From contig NC_043022.1 in assembly GCF_006345805.1 (NCBI RefSeq), forward strand, positions 3,534,001 to 3,598,000: DNA of 64,000 bases, read 5' to 3'. Every line of letters begins with the position of its first letter. The first letter of the stretch is position 1. The DNA is from Octopus sinensis (taxonomy: Eukaryota). Below are positions 1 to 12,483 of this stretch, piece after piece. The notes beneath the pieces are model-generated. The model was not told the origin of the DNA. It saw only the letters and a list, made by a program, of their open reading frames with translations, and did not search any database. Made by a program: the position numbers and the translations under genes.

Positions 1-1085
1 TGATACCAACTGGGCTGAAACCGCTTCTGGTTCTGTAGTACAAATGTCTGGTTTTCAAAAGTTCTGAATTAAAATCTTCCACAAAACCTTAGTCACAATT
101 TATGTTCCTAAAACTAGCTTAATGATAACTAAGTTCTTTTACTAAATTCTTTTTTATATTTAAAATGAATTGAAAGAAACACAGAGCATCTCAACAGAAA
201 TATGGTAACAAAGGGGGTTAAAGCATTTCTAAATATGAAAAAAGAGCATTGTAGTTTGTTTGAAGCATTGTAGTGTAAAACAGAATAATGAACGAAATTA
301 AGAACAAAGAAAGCTTTTAGCGAAGCTAAAAAAAAGCCTTTATATATTGCGCGCCAGAAGAAGGGCCATAACACTTGATATACTCTCTTTTACTTGTTTC
401 AGTCATTTGACTGCGGCCATGCTGGAGCACCACCTCTAGTCGAGCAAATCGACCCCGGGACTTATTCTTTGTAAGCCCAGTACTTATTCTATCGGTCTCT
501 TTTTGCCGAACCGCTAAGTGACGGGGACGTAAAAACACCAGCATCGGTTGTCAAGCAATGTTGGGGGAGGGGGGACAAACACAGACACACAAACATATAC
601 ACACACACTTATATATATACATATATACGACAGGCTTCTTTCAGTTTCCGTCTACCAAATCCACTCACAAGGCATTGGTCGGCCCGGGGCTATAGCAGAA
701 GACACTTGCCCAAGATGCCACGCAGTGGGACTGAACCCGGAACCATGTGGTTGGTTAGCAAGCTACTTACCACACAGCCACTCCTGCGCCTATATGCAAG
801 TTTTTAAAACTTTCTGCATTGTTAGAAAGTTCTTATTTCTCATTTCATTCAGTTTTAAATATCTTAAATTCAGTTCCAAGGTTGCCTTAAGCCTTTAGCA
901 TTCAGATTACTGCCAAACGTATTATCTATTCACTTTGCTTTGAATAAATTTTGCATTATGCTTCGAGGTTTCAATAATGTGATTATTTATTTTTAGAATG
1001 GCATTATAGGGTAGCTGTGAGAGGCCAGATCCGATCAGTTTGAACAAAAACAGGTAGAATATCTTATATATGTATATAATGCCCA

Positions 1086-4000
1086 ATGCCAGTGCCACCT
1101 GACTGGCTCTTGTGCCAGTGGCACGTAAAAAGCACCATTCGAGTGTGGTTGATGCCAGTGCCACCTGACTGGCTCTCGTACCGGTGGCATGTAAAAAGCA
1201 CTATTTGAGTGTGGTTGATGTCAGTGCCACCTGACCGGCTCTCGTAACAATGGCATGTAAAAAGCATCATTCGAGTGTGGTTGATGCCAGTGCCACCTGA
1301 CTGGCTCTGTGCCAGTGGCATGTAAAAAGCACCATTTGAGTGTGGTTGATGCCAGTGCTGCCATGACTGGCTCTTGTGCCAGTGGCATGTAAAAAGCACC
1401 ATTCGAGTGTGGTTGATGCCAGTGCCACCTGACTGGCTCTCGTGCCAATGGCATGTAAAAAGCATCATTCGAGTGTGGTTGATGCCAGTGCCACCTGACT
1501 GGCTCTCGTGCCAGTGGCATGTAAAAAGCACCATTCGAGTGTGGTTGATGCCAGTGCCACCTGACTGGCTCTCGTGCCAATGGCATGTAAAAAGCATCAT
1601 TCGAGTGTGGTTGATGCCAGTGCCACCTGACTGGCTCTCGTGCCAATGGCATGTAAAAAGCATCATTCGAGTGTGGTTGATGCCAGTGCCACCTGACTGG
1701 CTCTCGTGCCAATGGCATGTAAAAAGCATCATTCGAGTGTGGTTGATGCCAGTGCCACCTGACTGGCTCTCGTGCCAATGGCATGTAAAAAGCATCATTC
1801 GAGTGTGGTTGATGCCAGTGCCACCTGACTGGCTCTCGTGCCAATGGCATGTAAAAAGCATCATTCGAGTGTGGTTGATGCCAGTGCCACCTGACTGGCT
1901 CTTGTGCCAGTGGCATGTAAAAAGCATCATTCGAGTGTGGTTGATGCCAGTGCCACCTGACTGGCTCTTGTGCCAGTGGCATGTAAAAAGCACCATTTGA
2001 GTGTGGTTGATGCCAGTGCTGCATGACTGGCTCTCGTGCCAATGGCATGTAAAAAGCACCATTCGAGTGTGGTTGATGCCAGTGCCACCTGACTGGCTCT
2101 CGTGCCAATGGCATGTAAAAAGCATCATTCGAGTGTGGTTGATGCCAGTGCCACCTGACTGGCTCTCGTGCCAGTGGCATGTAAAAAGCACCATTTGAGT
2201 GTGGTTGATGCCAGTGCTGCATGACTGGCTCTCGTGCCAGTGGCATGTAAAAAGCACATTCGAGTGTGGTTGATGCCAGTGCTGCCTGACTGGCTCTCGT
2301 GCCAGTGGCATGTAAAAAGCACCATTCGAGTGTGGTTGATGCCAGTGCCACCTGACTGGCTCTCGTGCAGTGGCATGTAAAAAGCACCATTGAGTGTGGT
2401 TGATGCCAGTGCTGCATGACTGGCTCTCGTGCCAGTGGCATGTAAAAAGCACCATTCGAGTGTGGTTGATGCCAGTGCCACCTGACTGGCTCTCGTGCCA
2501 ATGGCATGTAAAAAGCATCATTCGAGTGTGGTTGATGCCAGTGCCACCTGACTGGCTCTCGTGCCAGTGGCATGTAAAAAGCACCATTGAGTGTGGTTGA
2601 TGCCAGTGCTGCTGACTGGCTCTCGTGCCAGTGGCATGTAAAAAGCACCATTCGAGTGTGGTTGATGCCAGTGCCACCTGACTGGCTCTCGTGCCAATGG
2701 CATGTAAAAAGCATCATTCGAGTGTGGTTGATGCCAGTGCCACCTGACTGGCTCTCGTGCCAGTGGCATGTAAAAAGCACCATTTGAGTGTGGTTGATGC
2801 CAGTGCTGCATGACTGGCTCTCGTGCCAGTGGCATGTAAAAAGCACCATTTGAGTGTGGTTGATGCCAGTGCCACCTGACTGGCTCTCGTGCCAATGGCA
2901 TGTAAAAAGCATCATTCGAGTGTGGTTGATGCCAGTGCCACCTGACTGGCTCTCGTGCCAGTGGCATGTAAAAAGCACCATTTGAGTGTGGTTGATGCCA
3001 GTGCTGCATGACTGGCTCTCGTGCCAGTGGCATGTAAAAAGCACCATTCGAGTGTGGTCGATGCCAGTGCCACCTGACTGGCTCTCGTGCCAGTGGCATG
3101 TAAAAAGCACCATTTGAGTGTGGTTGATGCCAGTGCTGCATGACTGGCTCTCGTGCCAGTGGCATGTAAAAAGCACCATTCGAGTGTGGTTGATGCCAGT
3201 GCCACCTGACTGGCTCTCGTGCCAGTGGCATGTAAAAGCACCATTTGAGTGTGGTTGATGCCAGTGCTGCATGACTGGCTCTCGTGCCAGTGGCATGTAA
3301 AAAGCACCATTCGAGTGTGGTCGATGCCAGTGCCACCTGACTGGCTCTCGTGCCAATGGCATGTAAAAAGCATCATTCGAGTGTGGTTGATGCCAGTGCC
3401 ACCTGACTGGCTTGTGTCAGTGGCATGTAAAAAGCACCATTCGAGTGTGGTTGATGCCAGTGCCACCTGACTGGCTCTTGTGCCAGTGGCATGTAAAAAG
3501 CACCATTCGAGTGTGGTTGATGCCAGTGCCACCTGACTGGCTCTTGTGCCAGTGGCATGTAAAAGCACCATTCGAGTGTGGTTGATGCCAGTGCCACCTG
3601 ACTGGCTCTTGTGTCAGTGGCATGTAAAAAGCACCATTCGAGTGTGGTTGATGCCAGTGCCACCTGACTGGCTCTTGTGTCAGTGGCATGTAAAAAGCAC
3701 CATTTGAGTGTGGTTGATGCCAGTGCCACCTGACTGGCTCTCGTGCCAGTGGCATGTAAAAAGCACCATTCGAGTGTGGTTGATGCCAGTGCCACCTGAC
3801 TGGCTCTTGTGTCAGTGGCATGTAAAAAGCACCATTTGAGTGTGGTTGATGCCAGTGCCACCTGACTGGCTCTCGTGCCAGTGGCATGTAAAAAGCACCA
3901 TTTGAGTGTGGTTGATGCCAGTGCTGCACGACTGGCTCTTGTGCCAGTGGCATGTAAAAAGCACCATTTGAGTGTGGTTGATGCCAGTGCCACCTGACTG

Positions 4001-6414
4001 GCTCTCGTGCCAGTGGCATGTAAAAAGCACCATTTGAGTGTGGTTGATGCCAGTGCTGCACGACTGGCTCTCGTGCCAGTGGCATGTAAAAAGCCCATTC
4101 GAGTGTGGTTGATGCCAGTGCCACCTGACTGGCTCTTGTGTCAGTGGCAGTAAAAAGCACCATTGAGTGTGGTTGATGCTGCCAGTGCCACCTGACTGGC
4201 TCTCGTGCCAGTGGCATGTAAAAAGCACCATTCGAGTGTGGTTGATGCCAGTGCCACCTGACTGGCTCTTGTGCCAGTGGCATGTAAAAAGCACCATTCG
4301 CGTGTGGTTGATGCCAGTGCCACCTGACTGGCTCTTGTGCCAGTGCATGTAAAAAGCACCATTCGCGTGTGGTTGATGCCAGTGCCACCGACTGGGCTCG
4401 TGCCAGTGCATGTAAAAAGCACCATTCGAGTGTGGTTGATGCCAGTGCCACCTGACTGGCTCTCGTGCCAGTGGCATGTAAAAAGCACCATTCGCGTGTG
4501 TTGATGCCAGTGCCACCTGACTGGCTCTGTGCCAGTGGCATGTAAAAGCACTTTCGAGTGTGGTTGATGCCAGTGCCACCGACTGGTCTGTGCCAGTGGC
4601 ATGTAAAAAGCACCATTTGAGTGTGGTTGATGCCAGTGCCACCTGACTGGCTCTCGTGCCAGTGGCATGTAAAAAGCACCATTGAGTGTGGTTGATGCCA
4701 GTGCCACCTGACTGGCTCTTGTGCCAGTGGCATGTAAAAAGCACCTTTCGAGTGTGGTTGATGCCAGTGCCACCTGACTGGCTCTCTTGCCAGTGGCATG
4801 TAAAAAGCACCATTCGAGTGTGGTTGATGCCAGTGCCACCTGACTGGCTCTGTGCCAGTGGCATGAAAAGCACCATTCGAGTGTGGTTGATGCCAGTGCT
4901 GCACGACTGGCTCTTGTGCCAGTGGCATGTAAAAAGCACCATTCGAGTGTGGTTGATGCCAGTGCCACCTGACTGGCTCTTGTGCCAGTGGCATGTAAAA
5001 AGCACCATTCGAGTGTGGTTGATGCCAGTGCTGCACGACTGGCTCTTGTGCCAGTGGCATGTAAAAAGCACCATTTGAGTGTGGTTGATGCCAGTGCCAC
5101 CTGACTGGCTCTCATGCCAATGGCATGTAAAAAGCACCATTCGCGTGTGGTTGATGCCAGTGCCACCTGACTGGCTCTTGTGCCAGTGGCATGTAAAAAG
5201 CACCATTCGAGTGTGGTTGATGCCAGTGCCACCTGACTGGCTCTCGTGCCAGTGGCATGTAAAAAGCACCATTTGAGTGTGGTTGATGCCAGTGCCACCT
5301 GACTGGCTCTTGTGTCAGTGGCATGTAAAAAGCACCATTTGAGTGTGGTTGATGCCAGTGCCACCTGACTGGCTCTCGTGCCAGTGGCATGTAAAAAGCA
5401 CCATTCGAGTGTGGTTGATGCCAGTGCCACCTGACTGGCTCTCGTGCCAGTGGCATGTAAAAAGCACCATTCGAGTGTGGTTGATGCCAGTGCCACCTGA
5501 CTGGCTCTTGTGTCAGTGGCATGTAAAAAGCACCATTTGAGTGTGGTTGATGCCAGTGCCACCTGACTGGCTCTTGTGCCAGTGGCATGTAAAAAGCACC
5601 ATTCGAGTGTGGTTGATGCCAGTGCCACCTGACTGGCTCTTGTGCCAGTGGCATGTAGAAAGCACCATTTGAGTGTGGTTGATGCCAGTGCCACCTGACT
5701 GGCTCTCGTGCCAGTGGCATGTAAAAAGCACCATTCGAATGTGGTTGATGCCAGTGCCACCTGACTGGCTCTTGTGTCAGTGGCATGTAAAAAGCACCAT
5801 TCGAGTGTGGTTGATGCCAGTGCCACCTGACTGGCTCTCGTGCCAGTGGCATGTAAAAAGCACCATTCGAGTGTGGTTGATGCCAGTGCCACCTGACTGG
5901 CTCTTGTGCCAGTGGCATGTAAAAAGCACCATTCGAGTGTGGTTGATGCCAGTGCCACCTGACTGGCTCTTGTGCCAGTGGCATGTAGAAAGCACCATTT
6001 GAGTGTGGTTGATGCCAGTGCCACCTGACTGGCTCTCGTGCCAGTGGCATGTAAAAAGCACCATTCGCGTGTGGTTGATGCCAGTGCCACCTGACTGGCT
6101 CTCGTGCCAGTGGCATGTAAAAAGCAGCCATTCGAGTGTGGTTGATGCCAGTGCCACCTGACTGGCTCTCGTGCCAGTGGCATGTAAAAAGCACCATTCG
6201 AGTGTGGTTGATGCCAGTGCCACCTGACTGGCTCTCGTGCCAATGGCATGTAAAAAGCACCATTCGCGTGTGGTTGATGCCAGTGCCACCTGACTGGCTC
6301 TCGTGCCAGTGGCATGTAAAAAGCACCATTCGCGTGTGGTTGATGCCAGTGCCACCTGACTGGCTCTCGTGCCAGTGGCATGTAAAAAGCAGCCATTCGA
6401 GTGTGGTTGATGCC
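1086..6414 (+). repeat. 66-bp tandem minisatellite, about 81 copies; expanded internal VNTR of a retroposon
   Basis: Unit gccagtgccacctgactggctctcgtgccagtggcatgtaaaaagcaccattcgagtgtggttgat (66 nt); 5329 bp / 66 is about 81. Runs directly into the retroposon 3' end at 6415-6578. Confidence 0.97.
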
Positions 6415-6578
6415 ATGCTCAGAGTGGTTGGTATTAGGAAGGGCATGCAGCTGTAGAAACCTTGCCAGATCAGACTGGAGTCAGGTGCAGCGTCTTGGCT
6501 TGCCAGTTCTCAGTCAAACCATCCAACCCATGCCAGCATGGAAAGTGGACGTTAAACAATGATGATGATGGTGATGAT
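6415..6578 (+). mobile_element. 3' end of the non-autonomous VNTR-bearing retroposon with (ATG)n tail
   Basis: gagtggttgg..ttaggaagggcat..cagctgtagaaac...ccaacccatgccagcatggaaag.ggacgttaaacaatgatgatg. The same 3' end recurs many times in the window. Confidence 0.85.
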
Positions 6579-8350
6579 TACCAATATATACATATAATTA
6601 ACATTAACCCATTAACATTCAGATTACTCTGTCAAAAGTAATGCTTATTTATCCATAGGCGCAGGAGTGGCTGTGTGGTAAGTAACTTGTTTACCAGCCA
6701 CATGGTTCCGGGTTCAGTCCCACTGCGTGGCATCTTGGGCAAGTGTCTTTTGCTATAGCCCCAGGCCGACCAAAGCCCTGTGAGTGGATTTGGTAGACGG
6801 AAACTGAAAGAAGCCTGTCGTATATATGTATATATATATATGTATATGTGTGTTTGTTTGTCTGTGTTTGTCCTTCTAGCATTGCTTGACAACCGATGCT
6901 GGTGTGTTTACGCCCCCGTCACTTAGCAGTTCGGCAAAAAGAGACCGATAGAATAAGTACTGGGCTTACAAAGAAATAAGTCCCAGGGTCGATTTGCTCG
7001 ACTAAAGGCGGTGCTCCAGCATGGCCACAGTCAAATGACTGAAACAAGTAAAAGTAAAAGAAAAAAAAATATTGTTTTGAATTAATCAGGCATTGTCTCA
7101 TAGCTTTGAGATTTCAGTTATGCAACTGTTTATTTTTAGAATGGCATTGTAGGGTAGGTGTGAAAGGCTGGATCTGGGCACTGTGAACACAGAGCATGTA
7201 GAATATTTGGGTTAGATATGGCGTTATTTGGCATTAGGAAGGGCATTGGCATTAGGAAGGGCATTGGCGTTAGGAAGGGCATCCAGCTGTAGAAACACTG
7301 CCAGATCTGACTGGGCCTGATGAAGCCTTCCAGCTTCACAGACCCCAGTTGAACCGTCCAACCCATGCTAGCATGGAGAACGGACGCTAAATGATGATGA
7401 TGATGATGATGGCTGGCATAAATGCTAAAAGGTTAAGTCAAGAACTTCCATCAATTTCTGGAAAGTTCCTATCGAAGGGTTAGGTTTAGGTAAGTGGTCC
7501 ATACATGGAGGTCTTCTGCCCTTTTCCACCTCACTGATAATGTCTGAGTGAAAGATAAGGTTGATACAGCATGTAGGGTGTAGGTGCTGCAGTCAAAACA
7601 CAAGGAACTCTAACCCACATTCCATTATGTCTCACCTGACATAAACAGTGCTACCATGACACTGCCATGGTTTGGTATTGTTTTTTTTTTTGTTTTTTGA
7701 CTGACCTCCAAGGACAAGAGACAAAGCTAACCTCAGCAGGATTTGAACTCAGAATGCAGAGAACTGAAACAAATGGTACGAAGCATTCTATTCAGAATTC
7801 TAATGATTTTCTCAAATCACCTGAAATTAATTAATCAGTTAATAGGCGCAGGAGTGGCTGTGTGGTAAGTAGCTTGTTTACCAACCACATGGTTCCGGGT
7901 TCAGTCCCACTGCGTGGCACCTTGGGCAAGTGTCTTCTACTATAGCCTAGGGCCAACCAAAGCCCTGTGAGTGGATTTGGTAGACGGAAACTGAAAGAAG
8001 CCCGTCGTATATATGTATATATATATATATATATATGTGTGTATTTGTGTGTCTGTGTTTGTCCTCCCCAACATCGCTTGACAACCGATGTTGGTGTGTT
8101 TACGTCCCCGTAACTTAGCGGTTCGGCAAAAGAGAACCGATAGAATAAGTACTGGGCTTACGAAGAATAAGTCTTGTGGTCGATTTGCTCGACCAAAGGC
8201 GGTGCTCCAGCATGGCCGCAATCAAATGACTGAAACAAGTAAAAGAGTAAAAGAGAGAGAGAGAGAGTTCAATTAAGTTGAGCTAAAAAAAAAAAAGAAA
8301 AAAAAAAAGTTAATGAAAGACAGTTTTTTTGTGAATGGAGAAATCCTTAC

Positions 8351-8495
8351 CTGTCCAAGCATTTAAATGTTTTAAGGCCGTCGTAAGTTCCTGAATCGCT
8401 TCCTTTTCAGCATTATTATCACGAAAGAGAGACCGGACTTGCTCTTCATTCATCTTCAAGAGAGACGTTAGTAGGATTCCCTTGTTTACAATCAC
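8351..8495 (-). CDS. KSR: KSR homologue, next coding exon (SAM part of CC-SAM), 145 nt, phase 0-1
   Basis: ...gtctctgccctatttcag|GTGATTGTA...TGGACAG|gtaagg. Translation VIVNKGILLTSLLKMNEEQVRSLFRDNNAEKEAIQELTTALKHLNAWT(G) aligns by eye with human KSR1 [42 protein letters not shown]. Joins in frame to the 13788-13919 exon across a 5292-bp GT-AG intron. Confidence 0.88.
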
Positions 8496-9464
8496 CTGAA
8501 ATAGGGCAGAGACAACAACAACAATAACAACAGTCAATATAATTAATAACAATTCATTACATAAGCCACACAATAACGATATACAATAGGTGCAGGGGTG
8601 GCTGTGTGGTAAGTAGCTTGCTTACCAACCACATGGTTCCGGGTTCAGTCCCACTGCATGGCATCTTGGGCAAGTGTCTTCTGCTATAGCCCCGGGCCGA
8701 CCAATGCCTTGTGAGTGGATTTGGTAGACGGAAACTGAAAGAAGCCCGTCGTATATATGTATATATATATATGCGTGTGTGTGTGTGTATGTTTGTGTGT
8801 CTGTGTTTGTCCCCCTAGCATTGCTTGATAACCGATGCTGGTGTGTTTACGTCCCCGTCACTTAGCGGTTCAGCAAAAGAGACCGATAGAATAAATACTG
8901 GGCTTACAAAGAATAAGTCCCAGGGTCGATTTGCTCGACAAAAGGCGGTGCTCCAGCATGGCCGCAGTCAAATGACTGAAACAAGTAAAAGAGTAAAGAG
9001 TAAATTCCACACTTGTATCCGTTTTATTACAGCCCCCCCACCCTCTGCCCCAGGATGAAAGACAATCAGCCTCAGATGGCATTTGAATTCAGAATGCACC
9101 TTTCAAGTATTGGGCCTCACAGGCACAGTGGCTGATGCCAGTGTCGCGTAACTGGCACCTGTGCTGGCGGTGGCACATAAGAGGTACCTTTCGAATGTTG
9201 GGCCTCATCATGGAGGTAATGACAAATGACTGAAATTTTTGGCAATAGGTGATGCTTGAGAAGAAGACCCATCAAGCCAAGGGAAATTATAGTTGTGGCA
9301 GATACTGGTGTCACACAACTGGCACCTGTGCCTGTGGCACGTAAAAGCACCCCACTACACTCTTGTAGTGGTTGGCGTTAGGAAGGACATCCAGCCATAG
9401 AAAACCATGCCAAATCAGACTGGAATCTGGTGCAGCCCTTCAGCTTACCAGCCCTGGTCAAACC

Positions 9465-9697
9465 TATTTCTTTACTACCCACAAGTGGCTAAATACAGAG
9501 AGGACAAACAAGGAAAGACAAACGGATTAAGTCGATTATATCGACCCCAGTGCGTAACTGGTACTTATTTAATCGACCCCGAAAGGATGAAAGGCAAAGT
9601 CGACCTCGAGGGAATTTGAACTCAGAATGTAACGGCTGATGAAATGCAGTGAAGCATTTCGCCCGGCGCGCTAACGTTTCTGCCAGCTCGCCGCCTT
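9465..9697 (-). mobile_element. ~235-bp tRNA-derived SINE (second family), full length, 10-bp TSD
   Basis: Head aaggcggcgagctggcagaaacgttagc, body gtcgactttgcctttcatcctttcggggtcgat (recalled as Meta/Sauria-SINE-like), end ccccttgtgggtagtaaagaaata. TSD tggtcaaacc at 9455-9464 and 9698-9707. Inserted in a VNTR-retroposon copy. Confidence 0.9.
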
Positions 9698-10619
9698 TGG
9701 TCAAACCATCTAACCCATGCCAGCATGAACAATGGACGTTAAAAGATGATGATGATGAATGTAAAAGATGGTAACTGAATATGCAATGTACCATACATAG
9801 CTGTAAACAGGCACCGTTTAACTCTTTAGCATTCAGATCCTTCAAGTCAAGTAAAGTCGCAGTCATGGCAGATACTAGTGCCACGCAAATGGCACCCGTG
9901 CCACGCAAATGGCACCCGTGCCAGCGGCATGTAAAAGTAGCTTTTGAACATTGGGCCCAACAGAGGCAATGACCAAGTCCATTTGGCATGATGTCGTGTT
10001 GGAGAAGAAGAACCATCAAGCCAAGTAGAACTGCAGTCATGGCAGATATTGGTGTCACGCAAATGGCACCTGTGCAGGCGGTACATAAAAGCACCCATGG
10101 TGGTAGGAAGGGCATCCAGCTGTAGGAAACCATGCCAAAATAGACTGGAGTCTGGTGCAGCCTACCAGCTTGCCAGCTCTGGTCAAAATGTCCAATCCAT
10201 GCCAGCATGGACAACAGACATTAAATGATGATGATGATTACTCTGTCTAATTTAATGCTTATTTATCCACATAGTTTTCAGTTAATCCTGCATTATCTTG
10301 TAGCTTTGAGATTTTGATGATGTGTTTATTTTTAGAATGACATTGAAGGATAGGTGTGAGATGCCAGAGCTGGCTGGTATGAACATAAAATAATTGGAAT
10401 GGAAACAATGTATGTCTAAGTGGATCGTTTAGTGTGGCTGAAGACAACTCTCTGAGAATGGGGACACACAGGATAAAATGCAGCCAAGCCATGTTATAAT
10501 GTGGTTTATGTAGGGCCCTACACAGTGTTGTAAAACAAAAAGCAAAAGAAGTTTCCTTCTCGAGCCATGGCAGGCTCATGAGGGCCGGTTTCCCGGTCTG
10601 TTACAGGATTACTAATTTT

Positions 10620-10752
10620 TACCAGCTGAGTAGACTGGGGCAATGTGAAATGAAGTGTTTTGCTCAAGAACACAATGTGTCGCCCGGTCCAGGAATTGAA
10701 ACCACAATCTTATGATCATGAGTCCAACACCCTAACCACTAAGCCACACGCT
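10620..10752 (-). mobile_element. Fourth tRNA-SINE family (older, MIR/CORE-like)
   Basis: Minus strand gtggcttagtggttagggtgttggactcatgatc...tgtgttcttgagcaaaacacttcatttcac..tgc.ccagtc.actcagct. Related copies at about 41090-41230, 42450-42775, 49612-49760 and 55850-55990. Confidence 0.7.
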
Positions 10753-11311
10753 GTAAAACCTGTACCAAAAAAAGGGAAGTCGGGGTTACTTAGTTTTGTT
10801 GGAGACAACCTCTAGTACTTATGCTAGTAAATACACCCAGTCCATGCTGATAGGAGGAGCATCCAGCCATGGCAACCATGCCTAAATAACGGCAACAAGG
10901 TTGATTGGGTTTTCCCTGTGGCTATATGAGAGCTGAATGATGAAGGACCACGGTAAATGACAAGATGCTGAGAGCCATGACACTATGCACACACACACAA
11001 AAAATCATCATAATTATAACTGGCAGTGCTCCAGCATGGCCACAGCCTTAGGGCTGAAACATGTAAAAGACTAAAACAATGCAAAGTTTGTTTTACATTT
11101 CCCACGGGGCTGGCAAGTAATATGAGTGCAGCAAGTTTTGCTGCCTGCCTTGGCATGGTTTCTACAGTTGGATGCCCTTCCTAATGCCAGCCACCCCTAC
11201 AAAGTGTACTGGGTGCTTTTTAGGTGGAACCAGCATGAGTGAGGTCACCAAGTAACTTGCAAGACAAAGCTCCCTTCGCTGAGGGGAGGGGGGACGGTAT
11301 TGAGGGACAGG

Positions 11312-11508
11312 TGGCGAGCTGGCTGAAACGTTAACACGCCGGGCGAAATGCTTACCGGTATTTCATCTGCCGTTACGTTGTGAGTTCAAATTCCGCCGAG
11401 GTCGACTTTGCCTTTCATCCTTTCGGGGGCGATGTAATCGACTTAATACCTATGTCTGTCCTTGTTTGTCCCCTCTATGTTTAGCCCCTTGTGGGTAATA
11501 AAGAAATA
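11312..11508 (+). mobile_element. Second-family SINE, 16-bp TSD
   Basis: TSD ggtattgagggacagg at 11296-11311 and 11509-11524. Confidence 0.9.
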
Positions 11509-11744
11509 GGTATTGAGGGACAGGAAAATGTGCCTTGCAGTGAGGGAGGTGGAGATGTGATGAGGGGGAGAGCATAAGCCCAAGTTCCAAAGAGGAATAC
11601 CTAGTGAAGTGAATTGAAGATCGGAGAATGTGAGTGGGCACAGGTAGGTGGGGGGTATTAGGTGGATGTGTAGCAGGGAAACGGATTCGACAAGGACTGA
11701 ATGCTGGGTGGCTCAGCAATGTCCTTTGTCACTCCCACTGAATA

Positions 11745-12483
11745 TTAACGCATTGCCTGCCATGAGCCCCATTTGGGGATCTGCTAAAAACAGTCTCACT
11801 GCTGGTTGTTTGTTGTATTTAACTCTTTAGTGTTTAAACCGGCCATATCAGGCCAAAATTGTCTTCTTGTTATATGCTCAAACCAGCCAGCTCTGACCTC
11901 TCACACCTACCCTACAAAGTCATTCTAAAAATAAACAGGGGCATCATCAAAATCTCAGAGTTACAAGATGCCGTACAATTAATTTAAAATAGTGTAATTA
12001 AACAGGCTTTACATTTGACAGAGTAATCTGAATGCTAAAGGGTTAAAGTGGATTGCTTATGCACATTGCATTTGCAGAGGTGTGTTTAACAATAGTTACT
12101 AATTAAAGGTTGTCGTTATTAGCTCTGGCTAATTCTAGAGGACATTTTATGTCATAAATCGCATTTTATGTCATAAATCGCAATTTTTGAACTACAAAAA
12201 TATTGACTGTTTGGAAAACATTTTTCTTTTTTTTTGGCATTTCTATATCATTCATTGATATTTCATACACATTCGCATTTGAGTCTATAGTTTCAAAAAA
12301 AACTAAAATGTTTATTATCGCAATTGAATACAGAAAAGGATAAATATGTTTTTATTTTCAGCAATCCCCATTTGGGACTTTTCGAAAAATTTATATTTTC
12401 CAAAATAATTCACATATGAAATATTATTTCAACTTCTAAGAAACCTCGCAAAGCCAAAAAATATGAATAAAAAAATGGGTTAA
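11745..12483. mobile_element. Longer non-autonomous TTAA element (short ttaacccatt / aatgggttaa ends)
   Basis: A second, highly similar copy lies at 31225-32100 (interrupted by one SINE and truncated by another). Ends are TTAA-CCCATT...AATGGG-TTAA (left end one mismatch in this copy). Confidence 0.75.
11819..12046. mobile_element. piggyBac-type MITE, family B (ttaaccctttagcatt ends)
   Basis: TTAA at both ends, and the paralogous empty site at 31299-31302 has a single TTAA. Other copies at 13183-13409, 44039-44265, 6604-7436 (with two nested insertions), 892-1065, 10240-10400, 38600-38990, 52945-53251 and 55560-55750. Confidence 0.88.

Noticed and set aside
1086-6414. CRISPR-like array
   Set aside because: Contiguous units with no unique spacers, eukaryotic context and no cas genes. 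The same applies to the other arrays.
1086-6414. Array of NFI sites (TGGC..GCCA)
   Set aside because: The spacing in the main unit is 6 nt, whereas the NFI palindrome needs 5 nt.
1064-6456. Long ORFs (up to 751 aa) over the 66-bp array as protein-coding genes
   Set aside because: They overlap in several frames on both strands, arise from a 22-codon repeat, are broken by 1-bp indels and lack splice support.
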